A stretch of 64,000 nt of DNA from positions 1-64,000 of the forward strand of contig JAFYQF010000023.1 of the NCBI GenBank assembly GCA_017559905.1, written 5' to 3'. Below, piece after piece: positions 20,193-28,490 of this stretch (within the stretch, counting starts at the first letter, position 1; each line of letters begins with the position of its first letter). Below the pieces are notes generated by a model. It searched no databases, was not told the DNA's origin, and saw only the letters and a list, made by a program, of their open reading frames with translations. A program made the position numbers and the translations under genes. The DNA is from a bacterium (GTDB lineage: Bacteria; Cyanobacteriota; Vampirovibrionia; Gastranaerophilales; Gastranaerophilaceae).

Positions 20193-21077
20193 CTACGCTT
20201 GATGAGCCTGAACTTTTGTATTCAATAAACCTTCACGCACAGTTAACTCTCTTATTCTAGCTTGAGCTAATTGAGATTGGAAATCCTTGATTTCAGAGTA
20301 ATTTTTAACAAATTCTCGTTCTTTAACATTGTTATGGTTGATAGAATGAAGAACTCCGCCCCATAACAATACTGATGGTGCCCAACTTAAAGCGGTCTTA
20401 GAGAAACCCTTAAGCGGATCAAACCATTTGCTATCAGCTATTTTGTTAGCATATTTAACTACCTTTTTAGTGAATTTAGCATTATTTAATTTATCTGCAC
20501 CTTTTGCAATTTTGTCAGCAGCTTTATTAATTGTTGATGGCTTAATATGTTTAGCTAAAGCTTCTGCAGCTTTTGGCAAATATTTACCACCTAAAGCAAC
20601 TGTTCCAATAAACGCTGCCATCTGACCTATAAATGTTGTAATTGGATTTTCTCTAGTGAATTTTCTTACTGAAGGAGATTTCTTTTCAGCATATTCTAAA
20701 GAGCCATTAACGGCACTAGCCAAGCCTAACAATACGCCCCAAGCAGCACCTGATTTTGCGCCATTAGTAAGTCTTGCAGCAACACCAGTAAGCTCTTTAC
20801 CTAACAAAGACGCTTTTGCAGGATTCAAAATAGCTGTAGCTAATCCAGCCACTGCCGGAATTGACCAAAACATTGCTTTTGTAATTTTGCGATGTTTATC
20901 ATCTTCTACTGTAGCCAATGTCTTTGCATAAGCAATTTGTTTTACTGCATTATCATCTAAAGAAATAATTGCATCAACATTCGCTCTGGGGTTTTTACGG
21001 GGATTATAAGCTCCGTAGTTTCTATCTTTACGGGCTTGAAAGCTTTGATTGTCAAATGACTGAACTTTCATATACAC
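20193..21077 (-). CDS. Hypothetical protein (Ala/Lys-rich, probable membrane-associated)
   Basis: 294-aa ORF beginning 'MYMKVQSFDN'. Confidence 0.5.
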   Translation of the reverse strand: MYMKVQSFDNQSFQARKDRNYGAYNPRKNPRANVDAIISLDDNAVKQIAYAKTLATVEDDKHRKITKAMFWSIPAVAGLATAILNPAKASLLGKELTGVAARLTNGAKSGAAWGVLLGLASAVNGSLEYAEKKSPSVRKFTRENPITTFIGQMAAFIGTVALGGKYLPKAAEALAKHIKPSTINKAADKIAKGADKLNNAKFTKKVVKYANKIADSKWFDPLKGFSKTALSWAPSVLLWGGVLHSINHNNVKEREFVKNYSEIKDFQSQLAQARIRELTVREGLLNTKVQAHQA

Positions 21078-21203
21078 ACACCTTTCACTTATTTTACAAT
21101 TTTATTATACAATTTTAAAACCCAAAAGTAAATTTTTTTGCTATAAAAGTAACATTTATTAAATTTTATTTACATTACATTTATTTTTTCATACTATAAA
21201 GAA

Positions 21204-22499
21204 ATGAAGAAATTTTACATTCACACAATGGGCTGTAAATCAAACCAATTTGAAAGCTCTATCATAAAAGAAAATCTTATAAAAAACGGACTTGAAGAAG
21301 TTAAAACACTTGATGACGCTGATATTTTTATACTTAACTCTTGCACAGTAACTCACAAAAGCGACAACGAAGCTTTTTATTTATTGAGAAATGCAAAACA
21401 CAAAAATAAAAATATCAAAACAATTTTAACAGGATGTATTGCGCAAGTTGAGAAAGAAAACTTGCTACAAAAAGATTTTATAGATATTGTAATCGGCAAC
21501 GATGAAAAGCTAAAGATGTTTGAGATATTAAACACACTTCAATCAGACAATCAACCTTGTATAGTTGCAGATATTATGACATTATCTCAATTCAACAAGC
21601 AAACCCTTGAAGACACAACCAAAACTAGAGCTAGCTTAAAAATCCAAGACGGATGCGATAATCGCTGTGCATACTGTATTATACCTTTCGCAAGAGGAAA
21701 AAGCAGAAGCGCAGATATCGATTTCATAATCGAACAAATAAACAATTTTTCAAAACACGGTTTCAAAGAGGTAGTCTTCACAGGAATCCACATCGGTCAA
21801 TGGGGCAAAGATTTAGGACTAGAACTTTTAGACTTATTAAAAGAAGTAGAATCAAAAACTACTATCGAACGATACAGATTAGGCTCACTGAATCCGCTAG
21901 AGATTTCAAAGGAAATGCTTGAATTTTTAAAACATTCAAAAAAATTCTGCCCGCATTTTCACTTGTCACTGCAATCAGCATGCAATAAAACACTACGTTC
22001 AATGAACAGATTTTACACTGTAGAATATTATCTTGAACAAATAAATGAAATAAATAAAACTTTCGACATGCCATTTTTAGGAAGCGATATAATTGTGGGT
22101 TTTGCAGGAGAATCAGAAAATGATTTTCAAATAACAAAAGAAAACCTTGAAAAATCAGGTTTAACCCAAATTCACACGTTCCCTTATTCAATCAGAGAAG
22201 GTACAGTTGGCGCAAATTCTACAGAACAAGTTGACGAAAAAACAAAAGAACAACGAGCTAACATAATAAAAGCGATTTCTCACAGGAAACACGAAGAATT
22301 CATTAGCAACAATATCGGACAAATTCGAGAAGTCCTAATTGAAAAACGCCTAGATAAAAAAACAGGTTTTCTAAAAGGTGTAACACGGAATTACTTAACT
22401 GTCATAATCAATTCAAAAGATGAAAAGCTTTTCAACACTTTGGCTAACGTTAAAATCACAAAATACGAACAAGGCAAAATCTACGGAGAATTGGTTTAA
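21204..22499 (+). CDS. mtaB: Radical-SAM methylthiotransferase, MiaB/RimO/MtaB family (MtaB-like by size)
   Basis: An N-terminal MTTase domain is followed by the radical-SAM 'CDNRCAYC' motif. The C-terminus is TRAM-like. Length is 431 aa. Confidence 0.7.
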   Translation: MKKFYIHTMGCKSNQFESSIIKENLIKNGLEEVKTLDDADIFILNSCTVTHKSDNEAFYLLRNAKHKNKNIKTILTGCIAQVEKENLLQKDFIDIVIGNDEKLKMFEILNTLQSDNQPCIVADIMTLSQFNKQTLEDTTKTRASLKIQDGCDNRCAYCIIPFARGKSRSADIDFIIEQINNFSKHGFKEVVFTGIHIGQWGKDLGLELLDLLKEVESKTTIERYRLGSLNPLEISKEMLEFLKHSKKFCPHFHLSLQSACNKTLRSMNRFYTVEYYLEQINEINKTFDMPFLGSDIIVGFAGESENDFQITKENLEKSGLTQIHTFPYSIREGTVGANSTEQVDEKTKEQRANIIKAISHRKHEEFISNNIGQIREVLIEKRLDKKTGFLKGVTRNYLTVIINSKDEKLFNTLANVKITKYEQGKIYGELV

Positions 22500-22523
22500 A
22501 TATTATAAGCAATAAAATAAAAA

Positions 22524-22560
22524 ATAACCCTTTGATAATTAGTTTCAAAGGGTTATTTTC
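22524..22560. terminator. Intrinsic terminator
   Basis: Hairpin aaccctttg...caaagggtt followed by a T-run. Confidence 0.65.
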
Positions 22561-22581
22561 AGTAATCACAAAAGCTTTTGA

Positions 22582-23406
22582 TTAATCTCTACTTGCAGCA
22601 ATTTTTGCTAACAGGTGAAGAATTTCTATATATAACCAAACAATAGTTACCATTAAGCCAAAAGCCCCGTACCACTCATATTCTTTTTCAAGCATGTATT
22701 CTTCGCCTTTTTGAATAAAATCAAAATCATTAATCAAATTCAACGATGCAATACCAACAACCAACAAGCTAAACCCGATACCGATAGGGCTAGCAGTAAA
22801 TATTTGCGGTATTGAACGCCCGAAGAAAACAGATGCAATAAATTGAATTAAGTAAATTGCACCAATAGAAAGTGTTGCAGTGAACAAAGTTGAGCGAAAT
22901 TTTTCCGTAGCACGAATTACGCCAGTACGGAAAAGGGCAAGCATGGTTAATATAGTAACAAAAGTAGCAATAACAGCTTGAGCGACAAGCCCAGCAATAG
23001 CAGATTCAAAGAATGCTGATATCCCGCCAATAAAACAACCTTCTGCGATGGCATATACAGGAGTTAAAAATTTATAGAAAGTTTTATTTTTAATAAAAAT
23101 AATAATCATGGCTAGCACAAAACCAACAATAGCACCACCAACGGTAAGCATTTGAGCTCGATCAACGAATCCAGCCATCAAATTACCCCAAGTAAAAGCG
23201 GCAGCCAAAAACAAACAAGAAAATAGGATTAAAGTTTTGTTAATAGCACCAACAACAGTCATCTGCCCAGAAGCAACAGTAACATCTTCATCGGAATATC
23301 TACTATTAAGTAGGGCTTCTTTATTAGCCTGCTCCTCTACTTTGACAGGAACAGGAGCAAGGACTTTATCTTTAGATAAAAATTTATTAAAAATAGGATT
23401 TGACAT
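22582..23406 (-). CDS. Integral membrane protein, function unknown
   Basis: 274 aa. A soluble N-terminal ~50 aa is followed by ~6-7 hydrophobic helices. Confidence 0.5.
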   Translation of the reverse strand: MSNPIFNKFLSKDKVLAPVPVKVEEQANKEALLNSRYSDEDVTVASGQMTVVGAINKTLILFSCLFLAAAFTWGNLMAGFVDRAQMLTVGGAIVGFVLAMIIIFIKNKTFYKFLTPVYAIAEGCFIGGISAFFESAIAGLVAQAVIATFVTILTMLALFRTGVIRATEKFRSTLFTATLSIGAIYLIQFIASVFFGRSIPQIFTASPIGIGFSLLVVGIASLNLINDFDFIQKGEEYMLEKEYEWYGAFGLMVTIVWLYIEILHLLAKIAASRD

Positions 23407-23667
23407 GATACACCCTCCTTCTACGTATATATAACGATAATATTATAGCATGTGTTCAAAAAATTATCTATATCTTTAAGGACAGCATGGATATATCATG
23501 CCAATATTTAGGATAACCAGTAAAGATTAAGCATCAATAGCAACGTGGAAATCAGCATTATAGTTGAATTTCAGAAAAAATACAAAAAAAGAAGAAAAAA
23601 GACTTTACAATATATTTTTTTTAGTATATACTCAAAGAGTGGTCAGCGAAAGTTGGTCAGGAGATAA

Positions 23668-23739
23668 TCCTCAGTAGCTCAATGGCGGAGCAACCGGCTG
23701 TTAACCGGTAGGTTGTTGGTTCGAGTCCAACCTGGGGAG
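23668..23739 (+). tRNA. tRNA-Asn (anticodon GTT)
   Basis: Cloverleaf with acceptor TCCTCAG/CTGGGGA, anticodon stem ACCGG/CCGGT, loop CTGTTAA and T-loop TTCGAGT. CCA is not encoded. Confidence 0.85.
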
Positions 23740-25295
23740 TTTTTTAATGCAAAGTTTGCATAAGTGGTTTCAACCCCAGGTAGGACAGTCGTTTTCACGT
23801 TTCGATATTTAGAGTTTTTTTTTACTAATTCGAGTTGATTTTTTACTAAATCTTGGAAAAACGGTCGTAATTTTATGTCAAAATGCTTGTCTTTGTAAAG
23901 AATTGCTTCGGCAATTATATTAATTATTTTCTTACGCTGATGCATTGTCCCACGGATAAATAAATCATGTATGTTATCCAAGAAACCAAGCATAATCCCT
24001 GTATCATCATAAAACTGTTTTTCCAAGTCGTTAATTGTCTGAAGCTGTATCAAAAATCTTTCTTTTTCATCTTGCCATTTTTTATTAAACCTTACCCAAT
24101 CCTCATGGCTTATATTCCCATCAAGTTTTAATTCAATCGAGTTCTCAATACGATTTTCTAACTGCTCGATCTGTCTTTTAAGCGTTGCTTTCACCTCTTT
24201 TGTGTAGCCAAGTTTCTTTAGATGTTCTTCCCTTAAATCATCTGCGATAGTATCTCGCATCTCTTTAGGGATTACAATCAATTTAAGCACCTCTGCAAAG
24301 GCTCTATCAACCTTTTCTTCATTAATATAGTCTTGCTTACAAGTACCACCTTTATAGCCCGTACAATGGTAATAAACGTACCTGTAATTACCTTGTCTGT
24401 CTCTTTTGTTTTCTGCTGTAATTTGACAACCGCAATGCCCACAGTGCATTAAACCTGTATAAGCAAATTCCAAGTTATGTTTCTTTGATTTATTAGGGTC
24501 TCGTAACCTATCCTGAACCCTGTAAAATAAAGCTTTACTAATGATGGCTTTATGCTTACCATTATCATAGATCTTATTCATATACTTATAAGATCCAGTG
24601 TAGAATATGTTTTTGAGCATATACTCCACAGTACTACAAGGTATTGCTTTGCCATTTTGGTTTTTAAACCCATCTTCTTGCAATTTTTTAGTTAAAGTGT
24701 TTAGCGAATAAAGCCCACTGTCGTACAATTCAAATGCGCGCCTTACATATATGGCTCTATTTTCATCAATAACAATCGCTTTTGAACCATTAGGGTTTGT
24801 AACGTTAAGGTAACCTATTGGAGCAAGACTTGGATAATCACCTTGCTCTGCTTTTTGTTTTAGTGCAGCAACTGTTCTTGCAGCAATTACTTTTCTCTCG
24901 TACTCTGCAAAATTTATCCCAATGTTTCGCATCAAATCACCCTCTAAGGTATCTACATTGGCCTCTGTTGCAATAAGAAGTTGAATATCATTTTTGACAA
25001 ACAACGGCTTTAATATCCCGTGATAATCTGTATTACTTCTTGAAATTCTATCTAAACGCCAAACAACTACGGCTTTAACGTTGTTTTGTTTTTTCTTGCA
25101 ATAAGCGATTAAATCTTGAATATCCGGTCTTTCAAGATTCTTACCGGATTTACCATCATCTACAAAAATCTTGCTAACGTGATAACCATTCTTGCTCGCA
25201 AATTCAATGCAATCTTTCTTTTGCTTGTCAATACTCACACCAAGTTTGTTTCTGTCCTCGGCAGAAACACGTGCGTACACAACGGCTTTGTTCAT
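23679..25295 (-). CDS. Large serine recombinase (resolvase-N + recombinase + zinc-ribbon domains)
   Basis: The N-terminus 'VVYARVSAEDR...' has the serine-recombinase catalytic domain. A Cys cluster 'CGHCGC...YYHCTGYKGGTC' follows. The 3' ~20 codons overlap tRNA-Asn. Confidence 0.85.
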   Translation of the reverse strand: MNKAVVYARVSAEDRNKLGVSIDKQKKDCIEFASKNGYHVSKIFVDDGKSGKNLERPDIQDLIAYCKKKQNNVKAVVVWRLDRISRSNTDYHGILKPLFVKNDIQLLIATEANVDTLEGDLMRNIGINFAEYERKVIAARTVAALKQKAEQGDYPSLAPIGYLNVTNPNGSKAIVIDENRAIYVRRAFELYDSGLYSLNTLTKKLQEDGFKNQNGKAIPCSTVEYMLKNIFYTGSYKYMNKIYDNGKHKAIISKALFYRVQDRLRDPNKSKKHNLEFAYTGLMHCGHCGCQITAENKRDRQGNYRYVYYHCTGYKGGTCKQDYINEEKVDRAFAEVLKLIVIPKEMRDTIADDLREEHLKKLGYTKEVKATLKRQIEQLENRIENSIELKLDGNISHEDWVRFNKKWQDEKERFLIQLQTINDLEKQFYDDTGIMLGFLDNIHDLFIRGTMHQRKKIINIIAEAILYKDKHFDIKLRPFFQDLVKNQLELVKKNSKYRNVKTTVLPGVETTYANFALKNSPGWTRTNNLPVNSRLLRH

Positions 25296-25318
25296 TTGTT
25301 GTCCCTTTCTCTTTCGAT

Positions 25319-25498
25319 TTATATACTGTCCTTACCATTAAAAATATCTTGAAATACGCTAACAAAATTAACCAACAATTCTGCATTATCGATATCAGTT
25401 GTTTCTGTATCGCTTTCATATATTTGAATTGTCATTCCATCTCTTGTGTGCAATTTGTCTCCAATTAAAATAAAGTTTTCAAAATTTTCTACTCCCAT
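25319..25498 (-). CDS. Small acidic hypothetical protein (59 aa) immediately upstream of the recombinase
   Basis: Strong RBS (AAAGGAGAAA plus 5 nt, then ATG). It is co-oriented with and 23 bp upstream of the recombinase. Below the ORF-track size cut-off. Confidence 0.35.
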   Translation of the reverse strand: MGVENFENFILIGDKLHTRDGMTIQIYESDTETTDIDNAELLVNFVSVFQDIFNGKDSI

Positions 25499-26051
25499 AA
25501 TTTCTCCTTTATTTTAATAAGAAAATTTAGGAGTACTTAAAAAAGTGACGTATTCTTTAAGAAATCGGCACTTTTGAAAAATTTTTACAAATATTCTGGC
25601 GTAATTAAAAGCATGCTACAAGCCTCAGACATAGATTTTTTACAGAACTTCATGGAAAACATTACGCCCTTATAATAGAAGTCGGGAAATACCATTACGA
25701 ATTGCTGCAAGATTTCTAAAACAAAATTTGACAACAACTTGCCTCTACGCCAGACTTTCGATACCGAACTAGTATTATCAAGCGAGGTATCACTTGAAAG
25801 GGAAACAAATGCAGTGTCAATTACGTGATGGGAAAGTCGAATGCAACGATAGTAAAAAACAAATAAGTAATGGCGAATACTCCAAAGCCCATAAACACTT
25901 GTACCGAAGAATTAATGCACAAATGCGTTTACTAGACTACCAAGCAAGAATGAAGTATAGTAAACGTGAATTACAATAATTAAAATCAATATGTCCAAAA
26001 ATGACGCAACTTATTATTATACTATTAGATATAGAATAATTATGAGGACAT

Positions 26052-26906
26052 ATGATTTATTTAAACACTTTTTCTTTCCCAACGCTTGAAGATGAAAACG
26101 ACTTCAGATTTTCACAGAATAGAACTTGTTATACAAGCATTTATCCATATGGGATTTTGTCAAAAAATACAATTGAAAAACTAGTTTTTGAACCAATTAC
26201 TATTTTATACGGTGGAAATGGTTGCGGCAAAAGCACGGCTTTAAATGTTATTGCTGAAAAATTAAAACTTGAAAGAGATAACCTATACAACAAAAGTAAT
26301 TTTTTTAATGATTACAAAAAACGTTGTAGATATGAAACAAATGGCATTCCCACTCATAGCAGAATAATAACTAGCGATGATGTTTTTGATTTTACGATGA
26401 ATTTGAGATATTTAAATGAAGGACTAGATAGACAAAGAGAAAATCTTTTAGACGAAGCTTACCGAAGAAAAACTTATCAATTCAAGATGAAAAGCTTAGA
26501 TGATTATGATGAATTTAAAAGAAACATGATTGCACAACAAAAATCTCAATCTGAATTTGTAAGACAATATATGCTACCAAATGTTAAAGAACAATCAAAT
26601 GGGGAAAGTGGATTCATGTATTTTACGAGTAAAATTCAAAATGATGCGCTCTACTTACTTGATGAACCTGAAAACAGTCTTTCTCCAGAAAAGCAAAAAG
26701 AATTGCTACAATTTATTTATGATAGTGCTAGATTTTACAATTGCCAATTTATTATAGCTACGCATTCTCCATTTTTGTTGTCGATAAAAGATGCAAAAAT
26801 TTACGACTTCGATGAAACACCCGTTAAAGTAAAGCCTTGGACAGAATTAAAAAATGTTAGAGAATATTATAACTTTTTCAAACTGCACGAAAAAGATTTT
26901 ATTTAA
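26052..26906 (+). CDS. Soluble ABC/AAA_21-like ATPase
   Basis: Walker A 'GGNGCGKST', signature-like 'SNGESG', Walker B 'LYLLDEPENSL' and H-loop 'IATHSP' are all present. No TM segments. Confidence 0.75.
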   Translation: MIYLNTFSFPTLEDENDFRFSQNRTCYTSIYPYGILSKNTIEKLVFEPITILYGGNGCGKSTALNVIAEKLKLERDNLYNKSNFFNDYKKRCRYETNGIPTHSRIITSDDVFDFTMNLRYLNEGLDRQRENLLDEAYRRKTYQFKMKSLDDYDEFKRNMIAQQKSQSEFVRQYMLPNVKEQSNGESGFMYFTSKIQNDALYLLDEPENSLSPEKQKELLQFIYDSARFYNCQFIIATHSPFLLSIKDAKIYDFDETPVKVKPWTELKNVREYYNFFKLHEKDFI

Positions 26907-26994
26907 TAATTAAGTAGAATAGTTGCAATTAACAACCTAAATAAAATTTCAATTTATACTATTATATATTTATTAGCAATAAGGAGTTATCGTT

Positions 26995-27861
26995 ATGACA
27001 AAAATAGAAATTCTAAATGGTGATATAACAAAGTTAAAAGTCGATGCGATAGTTAATGCTGCCAATAAAAGTTTATTAGGTGGCGGTGGTGTTGATGGAG
27101 CAATTCATCGTGCTGCTGGACATAAACTTTTAGAAGAGTGCCAAACTCTGAATGGATGTGAAACAGGACAATCTAAAATAACCAAAGGTTACAACTTACC
27201 TGCAAAATTCGTTATACACACAGTAGGACCTGTTTGGTACGGAGGGAATAAAAATGAACGAGAAATGCTTAAATCTTGTTATCATACAGCATTAACTCTT
27301 GCCAAAGAAAATGGAGTTAAAACAATTGCATTCCCTGCAATTTCTTGTGGCGTTTACCGTTTTCCATTAGAAGAAGCTTGTGCCATTGCAACTGAAACTG
27401 TAAAAGACTTCATTTCAAACGACGACAGCTTTGAGAAAATAATTTTTATAGATATTAACGAAGAAATTATTAATCTATATTTAGATTTAAGTGATATAAA
27501 TTCCAGATGTCAAAAATTACCAAAAATTAAACCACAAGATTTTAAATGGGGTGGAGGATTTAAAAACTCTAAAGAAGGTGAAACACCACAATTTCCTTAC
27601 GTAATTTATACTGAAAATGTTCTCGAATGGGTTCGATGTTATTATAAATTAGAGTTAATAATGCCAAATTACGTTGAATACGTAAACAATGCAGATTTTC
27701 GAAATAAAAAATTCAAAAATTATTCAAGAAATGATATTCTAAATTTGCTAACATACTATATTCGCCAAGATAGATTTTGCGAAGGTCTGTTGGCTGGCAA
27801 AATCAAATCCGGTGAAGTAACTGAACTCGTTGACAGATTGCACGAAATAACAAAGGGATAG
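26995..27861 (+). CDS. Macro-domain (ADP-ribose-binding/processing) protein with ~115-aa C-terminal extension of unknown function
   Basis: '[27 protein letters not shown]' is the canonical macro signature, preceded by an AAGGAG RBS. The C-terminal region is unassigned. Confidence 0.8.
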   Translation: MTKIEILNGDITKLKVDAIVNAANKSLLGGGGVDGAIHRAAGHKLLEECQTLNGCETGQSKITKGYNLPAKFVIHTVGPVWYGGNKNEREMLKSCYHTALTLAKENGVKTIAFPAISCGVYRFPLEEACAIATETVKDFISNDDSFEKIIFIDINEEIINLYLDLSDINSRCQKLPKIKPQDFKWGGGFKNSKEGETPQFPYVIYTENVLEWVRCYYKLELIMPNYVEYVNNADFRNKKFKNYSRNDILNLLTYYIRQDRFCEGLLAGKIKSGEVTELVDRLHEITKG

Positions 27862-27874
27862 GTGAACTTATGTA

Positions 27875-28240
27875 GAGAATATTTCTTTTCGGAAGTATTT
27901 ATTGTATAATTGTTTATGGCAGAATCGATAAGAACGATGAGCTATAGTTTCTTTTCGGAAGTATTTATTGTATAATCTAAAATGGTGTAGTATTCCATAG
28001 AACCGTGCTATAGTTTCTTTTCGGAAGTATTTATTGTATAATTAAGGCTGAATAGTGCTGAAGTCCATTACAGCTATAGTTTCTTTTCGGAAGTATTTAT
28101 TGTATAATCGCAAGTGAATTCACCGGTGACGCAAAACGGCTATAGTTTCTTTTCGAAAGTATTTATTGTATAATTAGAATTACATTACTGTTAAGAAAGG
28201 AGGCGCTATAGTTTCTTTTCGAAAGTATTTATTGTATAAT
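27875..28240 (+). CRISPR. CRISPR array: 6 x 36-bp repeats (GCTATAGTTTCTTTTCGGAAGTATTTATTGTATAAT), 5 x 30-bp spacers
   Basis: Repeats lie at 27875 (5'-degenerate), 27941, 28007, 28073, 28139 and 28205. Spacers are exactly 30 bp. Repeats 5-6 carry a G18A variant, and each repeat ends in TGTATAAT. Confidence 0.95.
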
Positions 28241-28286
28241 ACCAATCTTCCAAACCCAAAAGGCACAAGGGGATTGGTATTTTTTA
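28241..28286 (+). terminator. Hairpin plus T-run after last repeat (possible pre-crRNA terminator)
   Basis: accaatc...gattggt stem followed by ATTTTTTATT. Confidence 0.35.
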
Positions 28287-28325
28287 TTCAAAAAAATTAA
28301 AACAAAAGAAGTTGTTCTGCTCCTA

Positions 28326-28490
28326 TTAATAATTAGAAATATGAATTTGTGGATTTTCTAAAATGATTGTTCCAATATCTTCCATTGGAATTGTAACTTC
28401 GTCATCAGAATCGAGAGCTTGGTGTACAAGCTGTCGATTCTTGATATGAAGTTTGCAAGGATTTGAAAATAGTAAAGTTTTATAACTCAT
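28326..28490 (-). pseudogene. cas1: cas1 remnant (N-terminal 54 codons only)
   Basis: The translation 'MSYKTLLFSNPCKLHIKNRQLVHQALDSDDEVTIPMEDIGTIILENPQIHISNY*' resembles type II Cas1 N-termini (SpCas1 '...SKLSYKNNHLIF...EIDILLLETTDIVLTT'). Its ATG overlaps the cas9 stop in ATGA. The remaining ~250 codons and cas2 are absent. Confidence 0.6.

Noticed and set aside
25728-25733. TTGACA as promoter for the ATPase gene
   Set aside because: No acceptable -10 lies at 16-18 bp spacing, so it was not reported as a feature.
28241-28330. CRISPR leader on the cas9-proximal side of the array
   Set aside because: The degenerate terminal repeat is at the distal (27875) end. Every repeat carries its own -10 box oriented toward cas9. 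A hairpin plus T-run follows the last repeat, which is more consistent with a trailer or terminator.
28326-28490. cas1 stub as a functional small protein
   Set aside because: It covers only the first ~1/6 of a Cas1 and lacks the catalytic core. It is treated as a remnant.
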